A stretch of DNA of 64,000 nucleotides from contig OX597824.1 in NCBI GenBank assembly GCA_951406725.2, forward strand, positions 95,232,001 through 95,296,000, given 5' to 3'. This stretch comes from Octopus vulgaris. Its lineage: Eukaryota. The notes below the pieces were generated by a model. The model ran no database searches, had not been told where the DNA came from, and saw only the letters and a program-made list of their open reading frames with translations. The position numbers and the translations under genes are program-made. The stretch's first letter is position 1. Every line of letters begins with the position of its first letter. Below, one piece after another: positions 38,431 through 53,156 of this stretch.

Positions 38431-39549
38431 GAAAACTGGTAAGCTGGGGAGCTGCACCAGGCTCCAGTCTGATCTGGCAGTGTTTCTGCAGCTGGATGCC
38501 CTTCCTAATGCCAACCAAACCAAGAGTGTAACAGGTGCTTCTATGTGCTATCAGCATGAGTACTTTTATACGCCAATTTGTGTGACACTGGTCCCACCAT
38601 GACTGCAATTTTGCTCAGTTTCACATGTCTTCTTCTCAAGCACCACATAATGCCAAAGGTCTTGGTCATTGTCTTCATGAGGCTTAACACGTGAAAGGAA
38701 CTCAGCCACTTTGCCTCCGTGTATGTGTGTGTGTCTGTGCTGGTGCATACACTTGTCTTGTCATCCCACAATGGTTTTAAATGAGCATCACCATAACACA
38801 AGTGATGCTGTTCATGTCCAGTCTTCCATCGAAAAAAACAAAAGTCACTTGGAAGCAGATAAGTGTTAGTGACAGGAAAGGCATTCGGCCGTACAACAAT
38901 CTGCCCCAACAAATTCCATCCTAGGAAAAGTGGACATTATATAATGATGATGTGGTTGTGTATCATTCCATCATCGTCATCGCTGTCATTGCCACCACCA
39001 CCGCCACTGACCCCACCACCACTACCATCACTGCCGCAGCCACCCCCGTCATCACCCTCATCGTTATTGTTATCTGAAATCCGTTTTCGATGCTGGTATG
39101 GGTTGGATGGCTTGACAGGAGCTGGTCATTAACCTTCTTTTGTTTCTCAAACAAGGGATTATTTTATACCAACATGAAAGGGCAGAACTAGGGGATGACC
39201 TGTTGACCAGGAATGACAGTAAACTTTCACTGTCTATGGGTCAGCAGCTATTTTACATGAAGTGCAGAAGAATGGAAATATTCCCAGACACATTCATCTC
39301 ACTCATGCACATGTACAGATGCACTAAGATTTGTAGGTTTGTACACAGAAGTGTACAAACCTACAGGCACAATGGTGGCTGTGTGGTAAGAAGCTTGCTT
39401 ACGAACCACATGGTTTTGGGTTCAGTCCTATTGCATGGCACCTTGGGCAAGGATCTTCTACTGTAGCCTTGGGCCGACCAAAGCCTTGTGAGTGGATTTG
39501 GTAGACACAAACTGAAAGAAGCCTGTCGTATGTGTGTGTGTGTGTGTGT

Positions 39550-39585
<36 letters not shown>

Positions 39586-39785
39586 GTGTGTGTGTATGTT
39601 TGTGTGTCTATGTTTGTTCCCGCAACATCGCTTGACAACTGATGCTGGTGTGTTTATATCCCCGTTACTTAGTGGTTCAGCAAGAGAGACTGATAGAATA
39701 AGTACTAGGCTTACAAAGAATAAGTCCTGGAGTCGATTTTCTCGACTAAAGGCGGTGCTCCAGCATGGTAGCAGTCAAATATATG

Positions 39786-39823
<38 letters not shown>

Positions 39824-41011
39824 AGTATTTGTACAGTTTTGTACACACATATACATAAGCACAGACACACACACACATATATACATATACAGTACAATTT
39901 GTACAGTTTTACACACACACACACACACACACACCACATGTACATATACACCAGACTTCATGCTGTTTCTGTCCACCAACTTTATTCCCAAGTCACAGAT
40001 CAGTGTTCAGGGTTGAACCTGAAATCAGGCATTTGAGAAATGAGCTTTTAATTGCACAGCCCTAACTGCATCCATATCTTAATTAATAGAAAAAGGATAT
40101 CTGGTGGGGGAAGCAATTCTTAATTTTAATGGCTTATCCAGCAGAGGAACGGTACCCCTAATTATTTTGCAGGGCTGTTGGGGTGAGGACGGGTAAAAAA
40201 CGTCACTACTGATTGATTATCTTTAAACCAGAGACCGGGTCCCCTCAGTCACTCGACTATGTTGGTAATGTAATTATTAGTGGGAGTGTTAAAGTAAATA
40301 ACTGTAACATTGTGTCTGGATTGAAAAGTGTAGGGGGAAGAATTTTGAGTTGCTATTTTTGTTAAATATCCAACAACAACTTTCACTTTCGAGTGAAACT
40401 CTCAAACTGTGTCTGTAGAGAAACATGGGCAGTGAAGAGAAGGAATTAGAAGCATATATTCATTTCTTTATTGCTCACAGGGTGCTAAACATAGATGGGA
40501 CAAACAAGGACGGTGTCAGCATGGTTAAGAATTCTTCACATCTTGGGTAGGTGTCATCTATTATAGCCCCAGCCCTCCCAAAGCCTTGTGAGTGGATTTG
40601 GTAGATGGAAACTGAGAGAAGCCCATTATCTGTGTATGTATGTATGTATGTATGTATGTATGTATGTATGTATGTATGTATGTATGTATGTATGTATGTA
40701 TGTATGTATGTATGTATGTATGTATGTATGTATGTACGTACTTACGTATGTATGTATGTATGTATGTTTGTATGTATGTATGTATGTATGTACGTACGTA
40801 CTTACGTATGTATGTATGTATGTATGTATGTATGTATGTATGTATGTATGTATGTATGTATGTATGTATGTACGTGCTTACGTATGTATGTATATATGTA
40901 CGTACTTACGTATGTATGTATGTATATATATATGTATGTATGCATGTATTTATGTATGTATGCACGCATGTGTGTGTGTGTACCCTTCTCTGTCATACAA
41001 GTGTTGTGTAT

Positions 41012-41215
41012 AAAAGGGTGCTGAAAAGTTCTTGGCTTTAGGTAAAAGAAATACAGGGGGATCAGTTATTTATGATTTTATTTAACATGTTTCCCTCTCG
41101 GACTCATACACTTATTGCAGTGGTCCTTCAGCTTTTCTGAGCCCTGTAAAAGAACTTGGAATTTTGGGCCTTTCGTGAAACCTTTAAAACTAGGAACTTT
41201 TCAGCACTACCTCAT
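41012..41215. mobile_element. mariner-like MITE
   Basis: TIRs gggtgctgaaaagttcttgg / ctaggaacttttcagcactacc with TA flanks. Confidence 0.65.
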
Positions 41216-41621
41216 ATAATTCCCTTCATGATGATAATTGAGAATAGTTTAAAGGATTTAAGTGCAAAATGGTATTTAAAAATTTTCACTCATAGATGAG
41301 ACAACGCAGAAAATAAATTTCTGTAAATCTGTTAAATTTACATCTGCAAACTATTATTTTATTTTTTTAGCCCTAGGATTCAAAAGACCAGTTACTCAGT
41401 TTCCATGGTGTATAAATGAATGAGATCACAGTATATTGCTTGAATGGGATGCTAATCTATTGCTGGGTTTAAGGCCAACAATTTTGAGAAGAGGGGACAC
41501 GGTTGATTACATTGATCCCAGAGAGAAGTTACAACTTAACAAATCTCCAAGTGGTTTAAATACATAAGTCTCTGAAAAGCATCAGCAGAAAGATATCCAG
41601 GAGTCATGACCTGGATATGGC

Positions 41622-41787
41622 CAGGGCTGGCTCAAGGTACCGGCAACTCAGGCAGTCACAGGGGACACCATGTGCTAGGGGGCACCAAGGAGGGCATGAT
41701 AAAGACAAAGAAATTTTCATGACTGTCAGTTTATACATGCCAAATTTCAACTTGCCTGGGGAACCAACAACTCTAGGGCTAGCCCTG
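41622..41787. mobile_element. hAT-like MITE
   Basis: TIRs cagggctggc / gctagccctg; degenerate 8-bp TSD gatatggc / aatgtggc. Confidence 0.5.
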
Positions 41788-44700
41788 AATGTGGCCCAGC
41801 CCCCTTAGAGTGTAAGAATATAAAAGCTGAAACATTTGTCCAAGCAGGGTTTCTTCTCTGAAGACCTTCTGCTGTTCAGCTCTCTTGAGATTTTCTTACC
41901 ACTATTGACCCTGAATTGATGATAGGCAAAGCTAACCTCAACAGTATTTTGAACTCAGAATATGAAGAGCTGGAAGAAATCCTGATAAATATTTTGTCCA
42001 ATGAACTAAACAATCCTGCCAGCTCACCCTTAGCTTTTATAGTGTTTATTTTAAAAGCTTAACATCTCACAGAAACCTTCATGCTAGCTGTATTTGGCTG
42101 TAATCAGAATTTGAACTCAGAACAAGTCAGTCCATAAATACTTTTAAAAAATGATCAATTTCTGTAACACGTACACACTTCTTAAAAATCTGTGCTATTT
42201 TTACACCATTTACATAAGTTGCCATCACCTCTGTGTTTGAAACTGATAAGGATTAGAGAAGCTGGTGTTGCAACTAACCTTGTGAGGAATTATATATATG
42301 TTTATATTTATTTATTTACATATATCCTAACCTTGTGAAAATTTATAAATAACTTCAACAGCGTCTGTATATTTTGCTGTAAATTCCCCATTGCTTAAGC
42401 ATTGCTCACATGCATTCATACAACATTGCAATACATTAAGGTTATAATAGACATTCATTTCGTTCTTGACTTACGAAAAATATTTCTTTCTTTGCCAGGC
42501 TTTTTGTTTGTTAATTTTTACATTTTTAATCAAGAGAGTAAAATAACTTTTGCAGCAGTTATTCGGCCAACTGTTCCGTCTGCTATTTATCCAAACCTAT
42601 AAAACTCTTCTTCTATATTCTTTGCTTAATAACTATTGAATGAAACGGAAGACTGAAGACTATTATATACACAGCACTTATATTATTTGTAAGACAATTG
42701 GCAAAGGAGCAAAGCCTTGTGGTTGGGGTGTTGTATTCACAATCCCAAGATCATGGTCGTGATTCTTGGATGAGGTGGTTCATTGTTCTCTTGAGCAAGA
42801 CACTTCATTTCACATTGCTCCTGGGACCTTTACTGTAAGTGAATAACCTCGTGACAAACTGGTATCCGTTTCAAGGAAAATATTGTGATTTTGGTCATTT
42901 CCATGCCATGGAAACCAGCTGACCATCCCTTAGGACTCATGACAGTAATGTCCAAGGGTTGATGATGATGATGATGATGATTGCTTAAAGTATTTTTCTG
43001 TACAGATTATTCTTTCACGCATTTTCATTAATTCTAATGAGATTGTCGCAACAAAGAAAACCCGTTTGGATTGGAAATGTTGGAAACAGCTGTTAATTTA
43101 TTTCTGTCCAAAAGGGTTTTTCAACTCAATATTTACAAGCTGTTATTCATAGCTCAGTATATGCTTCAGGAACCAATTTCCTCACCAAACAAAGAACATG
43201 TATGCATGTATGTATGTATGCATGTGGGTATGTATGTATTTATGTATGTATGTATGCATGTGTGTATGTATGCATGTGTGTATGTATGTATGTATGTAGG
43301 TATGTATGTATGTATGCATGCATGTATGTATGTATGTATGTGTGTATGTATGTATGTATGTATGTATGTATGTGTGTATGTATGTATGTATGTATGTATG
43401 TATGTATGTATGTATGTATGTATGTATGTATGTATGTATGTATGTATGTATGTATGTATGTATGTATGTATGTATGTATGTATGCATGTATGTATGTATG
43501 TATGTATGTATGTATGTATGTATGTATGTATGTATGTATGTATGTATGTATGTATGTATGTATGTATGTATGTATGTATGTATGTATGTATGTGTGTATG
43601 TATGTATGTATGTATGTATGTATGTATGTATGTATGTATGTATGTCTGTATGTATGTATGTATGTACGTATGTATGTATGTATGTATGTATGTATGTATG
43701 TATGTATGTATGTATGTATGTACGTATGTATGTATGTATGTATGTATGTATGTATGTATGTATGTATGTATGTATGTATGTATGTATGTATGTATGTATG
43801 TATGTATGTATGTATGTACGTGTATGTATGTATGTATGTATGTATGTATGTATGTATGTATGTATGTATGTATGTATGTATGTATGTATGTATGTATGTA
43901 TGTATGTATGTATGTATGTATGTATGTATGTATGTATGTATGTATGCCCTGGGTATGGCTTTAAACTTTATCTCGTAGTGGGGCTTGAGTTCAGGACTTC
44001 CATGATTTTGAGGTGTGTAGAGCCACCTCCGACCCACCGTTGTTCACTGTTGAACATGGAGAGTCCTGGGTAAGACTTTAAACTGCATCTGTAATTGGGG
44101 CCTTGATATGGGAATTCTAGGGTTTCGAGGTGTGTGGAGCCACCACTTGAGAGGTGATTGCTGTCTTCTTGTGCTTCCTCGTTGTCAGCTTAGCCACTAT
44201 TGTTCCCAGATCCACTCTGATCCAGAGTAGCAGCACTTGTTAGGGCCCCAGCAATGGTTAATTAGTAGATGTGATGACGACTCATCTGAGCATGATGATG
44301 CAGGGATACACTTGACTGGTGTCAGGGTACACGAGTGAGGGACTCCTTGCTGTTATCACAGCATCCTTCCAGAAGAGGGGTCACTCTGATGTAAAACCTG
44401 CAAGTTCATGTGGATTACTGGTCATCTCACTTCAGCCTATCACCAGGTACTAATCATGGACACTCAGAGGTACTAATTATGGACACTTGTGTTGTGCAGG
44501 TGTTTAGACACCTATCCAAGGTGCCAGGCAGTGGGACTGAACTTGGAACCATGTGGTTGGAAGCAGGCTTCTTATCACATAGCCACACCAGTGCCCATAT
44601 CTCTTTAGCATTCAGATTTTTTTGCCAAATTGTTTTGGCACACACACACATATATATATATATATGTATGTATATATGTATGCATGTGTGTGTGTGTGTG

Positions 44701-45939
44701 TATTGGTCGCGATGATAGATCGTTAGCCACTACACACATTTTTTTTCTCTCCTTGTTTTTTTTCTATGTCCCTTTCTGTAGAAGCACGTAGACTTTTTCT
44801 ATTCCTGAGCGTTATACTAATACATCTGTTTGTTTTGTACACCACCTGTCTTCGTCTTTTGTTTTTTTTTCGTAAACTCTCCCCATATATATGTATATAT
44901 AGGTTAAAGAACCCCCTTCGGTCACAAATAACCATGGGATTGCACCTAGAAAGTTCCCCTCTGAGGCAAGTGTCTGGGCAAGGATGTTTATGGAAGACCA
45001 GCAGTTACCCATCCATACCAAATTCCAAATTCACTCACAATGCATTAGTTGACTTGAAGTTATAATAGAAGACACTTACCAAACAAACCATGCAGTGGGA
45101 CTGAACCCATTATCTCATGCTTCCAAGCAAGCTTCTTAACCGTGCCTTCACTAAAAATATTAATAATCTCTCAAAGTCTGTGCAAGTGGTAGAAATGGAT
45201 ATTTTCTGAATACTTCTGTGGTTCAAATTTTGCAATTTCACTGAAGTAGATTTCGCCATTTGTCTTTCGCAAATCAATAGAACTGGTATCGGCTTTACAA
45301 AGGGATTAATTCAATCAATTTGTGCTGTCCCCTTGCTATGTTGTCTTTGTACCTTATGATGAAATTAACATGAAATCCACAGTAATCCTTCTCTATGCTA
45401 ACAAAACAAGCAGAATTGTGATTATCTTTGGTTCCTGTTTACATTAAGATGAGGAGAGGAAAATTTTGATCTTGGACAGGCACAAGTTGGTCATGCGGTT
45501 AAGATGTTTGCTTTCCAACTGCATGGCACCTGGGGCAAGTGTCTTCTACAATAGTCCCAGGTGGGCCAAAGCCTTGTTAGTGGATTTTGTAGATGAAAAC
45601 TGAAAGAAGCCCATCTTATATGTATGTATTTTTTATCTTTTACATGTTTCAATCATTGCACTGTGGCCATGCTGGGGCACTGTATCTTGAAGGGTTTAGT
45701 CAAACAAATTGACCTCAGGAATTAATTAGGTAAGTCTTGAATTTATTCTATCAGTAACATTTGGTGAACTACTTGGTTATGGGGATGTAAACAAGCCAAC
45801 ACTGGTTGTCATGTGGTGGTAAGAAACAAACATAAACACAAAGATTCACACACACACATACACACACCACACACACACACACATATATGTGTATATGTGG
45901 ATATATATGTATATATATGAGTGTGTATGTGTGTATGTA

Positions 45940-45996
<57 letters not shown>

Positions 45997-46121
45997 TAGA
46001 AAAAAAACACCTTTTATCAATTCAATAATTTATATTTAATCTTTCTATAATATGTAATTTTTCTAAATGGTATAATTTAATTTTTCATTATTGAATTGAT
46101 AAAAGGTGGTTCATTTTTCTA

Positions 46122-46183
<62 letters not shown>

Positions 46184-48240
46184 GATATTTAATTTAGTAT
46201 TTCTAAATTGAATTTTTCCCTGTAAGTTTGGAATAATATTCCCTCATATTATATATATAATCATCATGATCAGCATTTAATATCTGTTTTCCATGTTGGA
46301 TGGTTTGACTGAAAACTGGTAAGCTGGAGAGGTGCACCACACTTCAGTCTGATTGGTCATGGTTTCTACAGCTGGATGCTCTTCCTAATGCCAACCACTC
46401 CAAGAGTGTAGGGGGTGTTTTTTATGTGCTACTGGCATGGATGCCAATTACGAAACACCGGCATCAGCCACGACTACAACCTCACTTGGCTTCACAGGTC
46501 TTTTCAAGCATGGTATATTCTTTTCTACTCTAGGCACATGGCCTGAAATTTTTGGTATGTGGGGCCCGTTAATTAGATCGACCCCAGTATGCAACTGGTA
46601 CTTAATTTATCAACCCCAAAAGGATGAAAGGCACAGTTGACCGTGACAGAATTTGAACTCTGAATGTAAAGACAGATGAAATACTGCTAAGCATTTCGCC
46701 TGGCGTGCTAACGTTTCTGCCAGCTCAACACCTTTCAAGCATGGTGTATTGCTAAAGGTCTTGGTCATTTGTCATATGTGTGTGTGTGTGTGTGTATGTA
46801 TATATATATATATATATATATATACATACATATATAGATATACATGTATATGTATATGCTGCATCTCCTCATGAATTTGTTGGTTGTGATGCCTATGTAA
46901 GGTCTCATTGTGCAAACAGGTCGTGTGAAGGTGGCTCTATAGGCCATAGCTTTCGAGAAACAGGATTGTCCCATTGGACAGTTGGTAAGACTTGGAAGTT
47001 GCAGGTGGGAGTTTAAGATGGGAATTGTCTAGATGCATGTTTGCTTCTGCTGTAGCATGTGATATTGGAAATAATGTTAACATGATGGGAATTAAAAAGT
47101 TTATGGTATTTATGGATTAAAGGGAAATGTTGCTTAAGTTCAGAAAGCTCCTGACAATATTGGTAGAAATATCAAGGCAGAAAAAAAGAATTATACCAGA
47201 ATACAGTTTTTGTTTTTTAGTTCACTTACAGTTTGTGGGTGAAGATGAGGAATCCTTCATGCATAGTAACTTGTCAGTAAAAACACTCAAGCCTTGTTAT
47301 AATGGTATGCTGCCTTTTAAGACTGTCTCTCTCTATCCAATGATAAGTTGAAGATTCTTCCACTGATACTTATAACCAGGTTTATGATTACAGCTGGAGG
47401 GTGGTTGGAATATTTATGAATGTAGATTATTTACTCATTGGATTTTCTGTAGGGGTAGTATTTATTTGTCACAATTTAGAGTAAATAACTTCCATGTCTA
47501 AGGGTAAAATCCAGGAAGGTCAACTTTTGGATTATAAATGTATAGATGCTTATAATTTCTGTAAATATTAATTTCTTTAACCCTCATCATCATCATCCTC
47601 ATCGTCGTTGTTGTTGTCATCATCATCATCGTCATTGTCATTGTTGTCATCATCTGACAAGGATTGGCTGGTTTGACCAAGAACTGATAAACTGCACAGT
47701 TGTGCTAAGCTCCAGTATCATCTTTGGCATGATTTCAATAGCTGGATGCCCTTCCTAACACCAAACACTCTACAGAGTGCACTGGCTGCTTTTTACATGG
47801 CACCAGCACTAGTGAGGTTGCCATGTAATTTGTAAGACTGAAAAGAACAGCAAAAAAAAGGAAAGGGGGAAAAAACTCCCAAAACTAAGAGGAAGTATTT
47901 TGGAGGGGAAGGTGGAGGTGGGTGGTTTTATGCCAGGTGTGGAAAAGCGAAAGTATGATAGAGGGACAAGCACAGGGGTTTTGCTATAGAGGAGATACAT
48001 GCTTGTACATATTGGCACCTAAATATGAATGAGGTATTTTTACATACAATTCCATAAGTGTGTGTTCAATCATGTATATATATTTATATGTGTGTGTGTA
48101 TGTATGTATATATATATATATATATATATATGCATTCATACACACACATATATCTATAATTGTTAAAGAGGGCAACAAATGTCAAGGCAAGGCAATCAAC
48201 TCAAGTCATAAACCTTATTATTACTGGAAAAAATTCAAAG

Positions 48241-48294
48241 TCTTACATCCGTTTCTGGGATATCACTGAGTATGGGGTATTCTGTCATCAGAGA
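48241..48294 (-). ncRNA. Degenerate hammerhead motif within a fold-back element
   Basis: Minus strand: UCU-CUGAUGA-CAGAAUA..UAUCCCA-GAAA-CGGAUG-UA-AGA; stem II is eroded. Confidence 0.5.
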
Positions 48295-48349
48295 ATCCAG
48301 CGTACCTAATCATTTAGATCACATGTGAACTAAACCCCACCATACTTTG

Positions 48350-48385
<36 letters not shown>

Positions 48386-48565
48386 AATATATATACATGC
48401 TTACACACACACTTATGGAATTGTATGTAAAAATGCCTCTTTCATATTTAGGTGCAAATATGTATGAGCATATATGGAACATGGTAAGGTATATATTCAA
48501 TTCGAGGAACCCTGTTCAATACAATTCTACACTGTTTCAATCTATTTTAGTTTTCTGCCCTATAA

Positions 48566-48612
<47 letters not shown>

Positions 48613-48936
48613 TAATATATAAATACACAATCACTTAAACATACGCATCTTATTTTTTATTAAAAAAAAGGCTGAGCTATCCAAGTGGACCTTAATATTT
48701 GTAGCACCCCCAGTTGTGATACTTATATTCTGTCAGTGCTATGATATATATTCATATATAACATATATATATATATGTGACCAAATAAATGGTGATGAAC
48801 ATTTGACTTTTATAGTCGTCTAAGTACATATTTGTGGAAGTTTTAAGAAGAGAAAAAAAAAATAAAGCAAATAATTGTAAGAAAGAGGGTTAATCATTAG
48901 TAAAAAGTTTTGCTAATTTAGTCAAAGCGAACTCAC

Positions 48937-48968
48937 CAATGTATCTCTGATCCGTGTCCAATGGAGTC
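48937..48968 (-). other. Candidate 32-nt micro-exon (possibly DHRS7 5' UTR)
   Basis: Flanked by acceptor ttctttctttcacag and donor gtgagt in unique sequence; contains no ATG. DHRS7 coding exon 1 has an acceptor, so an upstream exon must exist. Confidence 0.4.
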
Positions 48969-51309
48969 CTGTGAAAGAAAGAAGATGGGCTTATTTGCCA
49001 ACTGTAGCTATAACTGATCGATATTCATGTATTTTAATTTAGAGGTTGTATCTGATATGTCAGCATCACATAAGTGGCATCTGCTGACACCCAAACTGAT
49101 CAGCAATCAAATTGTTTATATCCAGATAATCCGAAGCAGGTAGAACAGCCGACAACCTTTGTAAAGGTCGTGGTTGGAGAGACAACCAGACTTTATTACA
49201 AAACTGTGCCTGTTGTTAGCATAAGGACTTAGTGTTAAGAAAAGCAAAAAATTAATTTTCGTTTAGTTTAGCTTACTAATTTAATTTTAAAATAATTTAT
49301 TTGGGCAACAATGAAGGAGAAATGAAAAAAAATTTACTCCTCTGACTTGATTAAAAAATAATACTGATAATAATAAAGTCATGCTAACATGTGTTAAGAG
49401 GATTAGATTTATTCAACATTTGGGACTAACATTCGACACACCCATCCCAGAGTAGCATAAACAATTTTAAAGGATTAATCCCTATATTTTAAGCTTATTT
49501 TAAGTTTGTAATATTTATGCAAGGCAAATGAAAACAGATGATACATGATGAGGAAAAAATATCTGCTTTTGAAATAATTTTACCTCAAAATAACTTCAAT
49601 TATTCACCTTTAACTACATTCTCTTTCCTTTTATGATGTATTTTGTTATAAACATAAAATCCATTGGTGAATGAATCAAATATGATTCAAATCTGGTCCA
49701 AAACCAACTAAAAGCAGCGTCCTCGATTGTGAATCATCTCAGATTTATGACATGATCTAAAAATAATTTTTTTACCTTTTACTCAAAAGGTCATATTTTA
49801 CAAATATTGACTTGTTTTGACTTCCACATAAACATTAGCAGGTGAAAGGGTTCACACTTTTCTCTTATAATTTCAAATTTTTATTCCAACACATCTTATC
49901 TAGAATTTAACGCTTTGACTACCCAGCCAATTTTCCACCATATTTTCTTTTGCACCAGTGGCCTAATTATGTAATTAATTATGCATTTAAAAAAAAAATT
50001 TTAAACCAGATATATATTCTGTTTCACTAAGCTACCACATTGATTGAAAGCATGGGTATCACTGCTGACACCCACAACACACAACAAATATTATATTCCT
50101 TTTGTAATGCAGGAGTCACTGGTGCTACACATGGTAGGCCAAGTGTTAAAATGTCCCTTATACCTATTTCTTTACTACCCACAAGGGGCTAAACACAGAG
50201 AGGACAAACAAACGGATTAAGTCGATTATATAGCCCCCAGTGCATAACTGGTACTTATTTAATCAACCCCAAAAGGATGAAAGACAAAGTTGACCTTGGC
50301 AGAATTTGAACTCATAACGTAAAGACAGATGAAATACCTATTTCTTTACAACCCACAAGGGGCTGAATACAGAGGGGACAAACAAGGACAGACAAACTGA
50401 TTAAGTCGATTATATCGACCCCAGTGCATAACTGATACTTATTTAATCGTCCCAGGAAGGATGAAAGGTAAAGTTGACCTCGGCAGAATTTGAACTCAGA
50501 ACGTAGCGGCAGACGAAATACTGCTAAGCATTTCGCCCGGCGTGCTAACGTTTCTGCCAGCTCATCACCTCCCATCTTTTTATGGATTTTTTTTTCATTT
50601 ATTTATTATTGTTTTCCTACAGATTATATTTCAGATTATATTATGTAAGTCTTTCCCACCCTGCCTTTGCACCCTAGCCAACGTACCTGCACACAGTATG
50701 TCTCTGTTGGATCTCTTTCCTACCACATACCCTCCTAATACCCCACCTCCCTCTATTTGCATCCACCCACTACATTCCTTCCCCCTCCCATTCTCCCTTC
50801 ACACCCTCATAAATTTACCCACCCTCTCACCCTTCGCTCCACTTCACTTATATGCACCTCTCTGCAAACTTGGGTGTATCCCTGCCTCTGTCACATCCTC
50901 ACCATCTTCTCTTCCTCTTCTCTCTCTGGTTTGTACCAGGTATTTATTTCCTCAATTGTTGACTTCAATCTCTAACAAAATCCTGGTCAAGTCTTCACAT
51001 TTGAACACAGTAATCCAGGTTCCATCCCAAGGCAGAGTTAGTGTTTGAGATTCTGGTATGTATTTATTCCTGCTATGCTCCTCATGTGTCACTAAGTCCA
51101 CATTGAAGAACCCTCTTTGAAACATCCTCATCCCCTACTCAATAGATTCTCACCTTGCTCTCCTGCACTACCAGCTAGTATATTCTCTCACACCTAGGAC
51201 ACCTTTATTGCTACTCAACACCATCTTTTGCCTTTATCTTATCATCCATCCTCGCTTTGTCAACCTGCGTGTATTTGCATTTATATTTTTTGCCTCGATA
51301 TCACATTGT

Positions 51310-51482
51310 AGCAGGAGTGGCTGTGTGGTAAGTAGCTTGCTTACCAACCACATGGTTCTGGGTTCAGTCCCACTGCGTGGCACCTTGGGCAAGTGTCTTC
51401 TACTACAGCCTCGGGCCGATCAAAGCCTTGTGAGTGGATTTGGTAGACAGAAACTGAAAGAAGCCCGTCATATATATATATG

Positions 51483-51542
<60 letters not shown>

Positions 51543-51756
51543 CGTGTGTGTTTGTGTCTGTGTTTGTCCCCCAACATCACTTGACAACCGATGCTGGTGT
51601 GTTTATGTCTCCGTCACTTAGCGGTTCGGCAAAAGAGACCGATAGAATAAGTACTGGGCTTACAAAGAATAAGTCCCGGGTCGAGTTGCTCGATTAAAGG
51701 TGGTGCTCCAGCATGGCCGCAGTCAAATGACTGAAACAAGTAAAAGAGTAAAAGAG
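51310..51756 (+). mobile_element. tRNA-derived SINE family A, full length
   Basis: Head gcaggagtggctgtgtggtaag..ggttcagtccc, internal (AT/GT)n, tail gtaaaaga repeats. Many other copies, e.g. 35119-35941, 39365-39780, 15800-16400, 31370-31592. Confidence 0.88.
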
Positions 51757-53156
51757 ATATGTTATCATCATACAAGTGATGTTGTTCATTTGTAATCTTC
51801 TGTGAATACATATCTCACCATTGTGTCATCTGTGTTTGAAGGATTATAGGAACCTTGCATGGAAACAAGTGAGGGTTGGTGATAAGGAGAGCATCCACCT
51901 TAATAAATAATATCCGATCCTTGTAAGTATGGAGATGTAGACATCAAAATGATAATGGACGTCTGAAATAAAAGCTAGAGTCTAAATGAAGAACTATTGT
52001 GAGTGGAAAATTGGTCAGCCTGGGTCTATAGTAGAAGACACTTGTTCAAGATACTGCACAGTGGGATTGAACCCAAGACCACATGGTTGGGAAGCAAATT
52101 TCTTAACCACACAGCCATGCGATGAGATCAATAGAACAACAACAATAACAATAATTATCAGTGTAATTGGAAGACTTTGATTGTTCTCCTTCACTCAATA
52201 TCTTTATACACTTTACAAGTGATTAAAAAAGAGATAATAGTTATTTTTAGGTAAAAAAACAAACAAACCCAGCCTAGGAAATGAAAAAAAAACAACCTCT
52301 AGAAGAATACTTGAGATATTTTGACCAGAAGACCATAATAAAATATTTGTTTCTGTTCAAAATAAGACCAATTAACTTAATTTCATGTAATCATTTTGGG
52401 AGTTCAGTGAACTTTATAGGAATGACCAGATAACCAAGTAAAAATACATAAATGGAAATCAGACTAAAAGAAATCTAGATAAAGGCTGGGTACTAATGGA
52501 ATCTAATCTTTGCCAATTTATTCTGATTTTTTTCTCTCGTTAAGTGCAATGAAATGTTTACATTTTCTAATTGTTGTTTTATTTATTTATTTTCCCAGTA
52601 AATGGCCGTTCAGTGAACAAATATCATTTTATGGGATTCCATAATTATTACTTCCTTTCATCTCCCCATGTGAGTCACTAGACTAGTATTTACAGATTCC
52701 ATGACACAAGCGTGCAACCTAAACCACATGGTTTCAGGATCAGTTCTACTGCAGAGTACCTTGGGTATGTATCTTCATCTGTAGCCCCAGGCCAACCAAA
52801 ATAAGCCCATTGTATATCATCATTATCGTTTAACGTCCGCTTTCCATGCTAGCATGGGTTGGATGATTTGACTGAGGTCTGGCGAACCAGCTGGCTGCAC
52901 CAGACTCCAATCTAATCTGGCAGGGTTTCTACAGCTGGATGCCCTTCCTAAAGCTGCAAGAACATAACAAAAAACTGTGACTGTTTGTCAGACAGGTGTG
53001 ATCAAGTCTTGACCACAACTGTCCAATGAACAGGAACATGAAACCGTTTTTGCAGCTTTAATAAAAGAGCATATTGCTCTACCTACGGTATTTGAGTACC
53101 ATTTTTTCTACCTTGTTTTGCATTTATGTGCTTACTCGTGTGTATATAATAATGTA

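Noticed and set aside
32436-44073. Long MYVC/HTYI ORFs (up to 361 aa)
   Set aside because: Translations of (TATG)n microsatellites.
47221-47304. Plus-strand exon candidate (HLQFVGEDEESFMHS...)
   Set aside because: Plausible splice sites, but no recognisable homology or partner exons.
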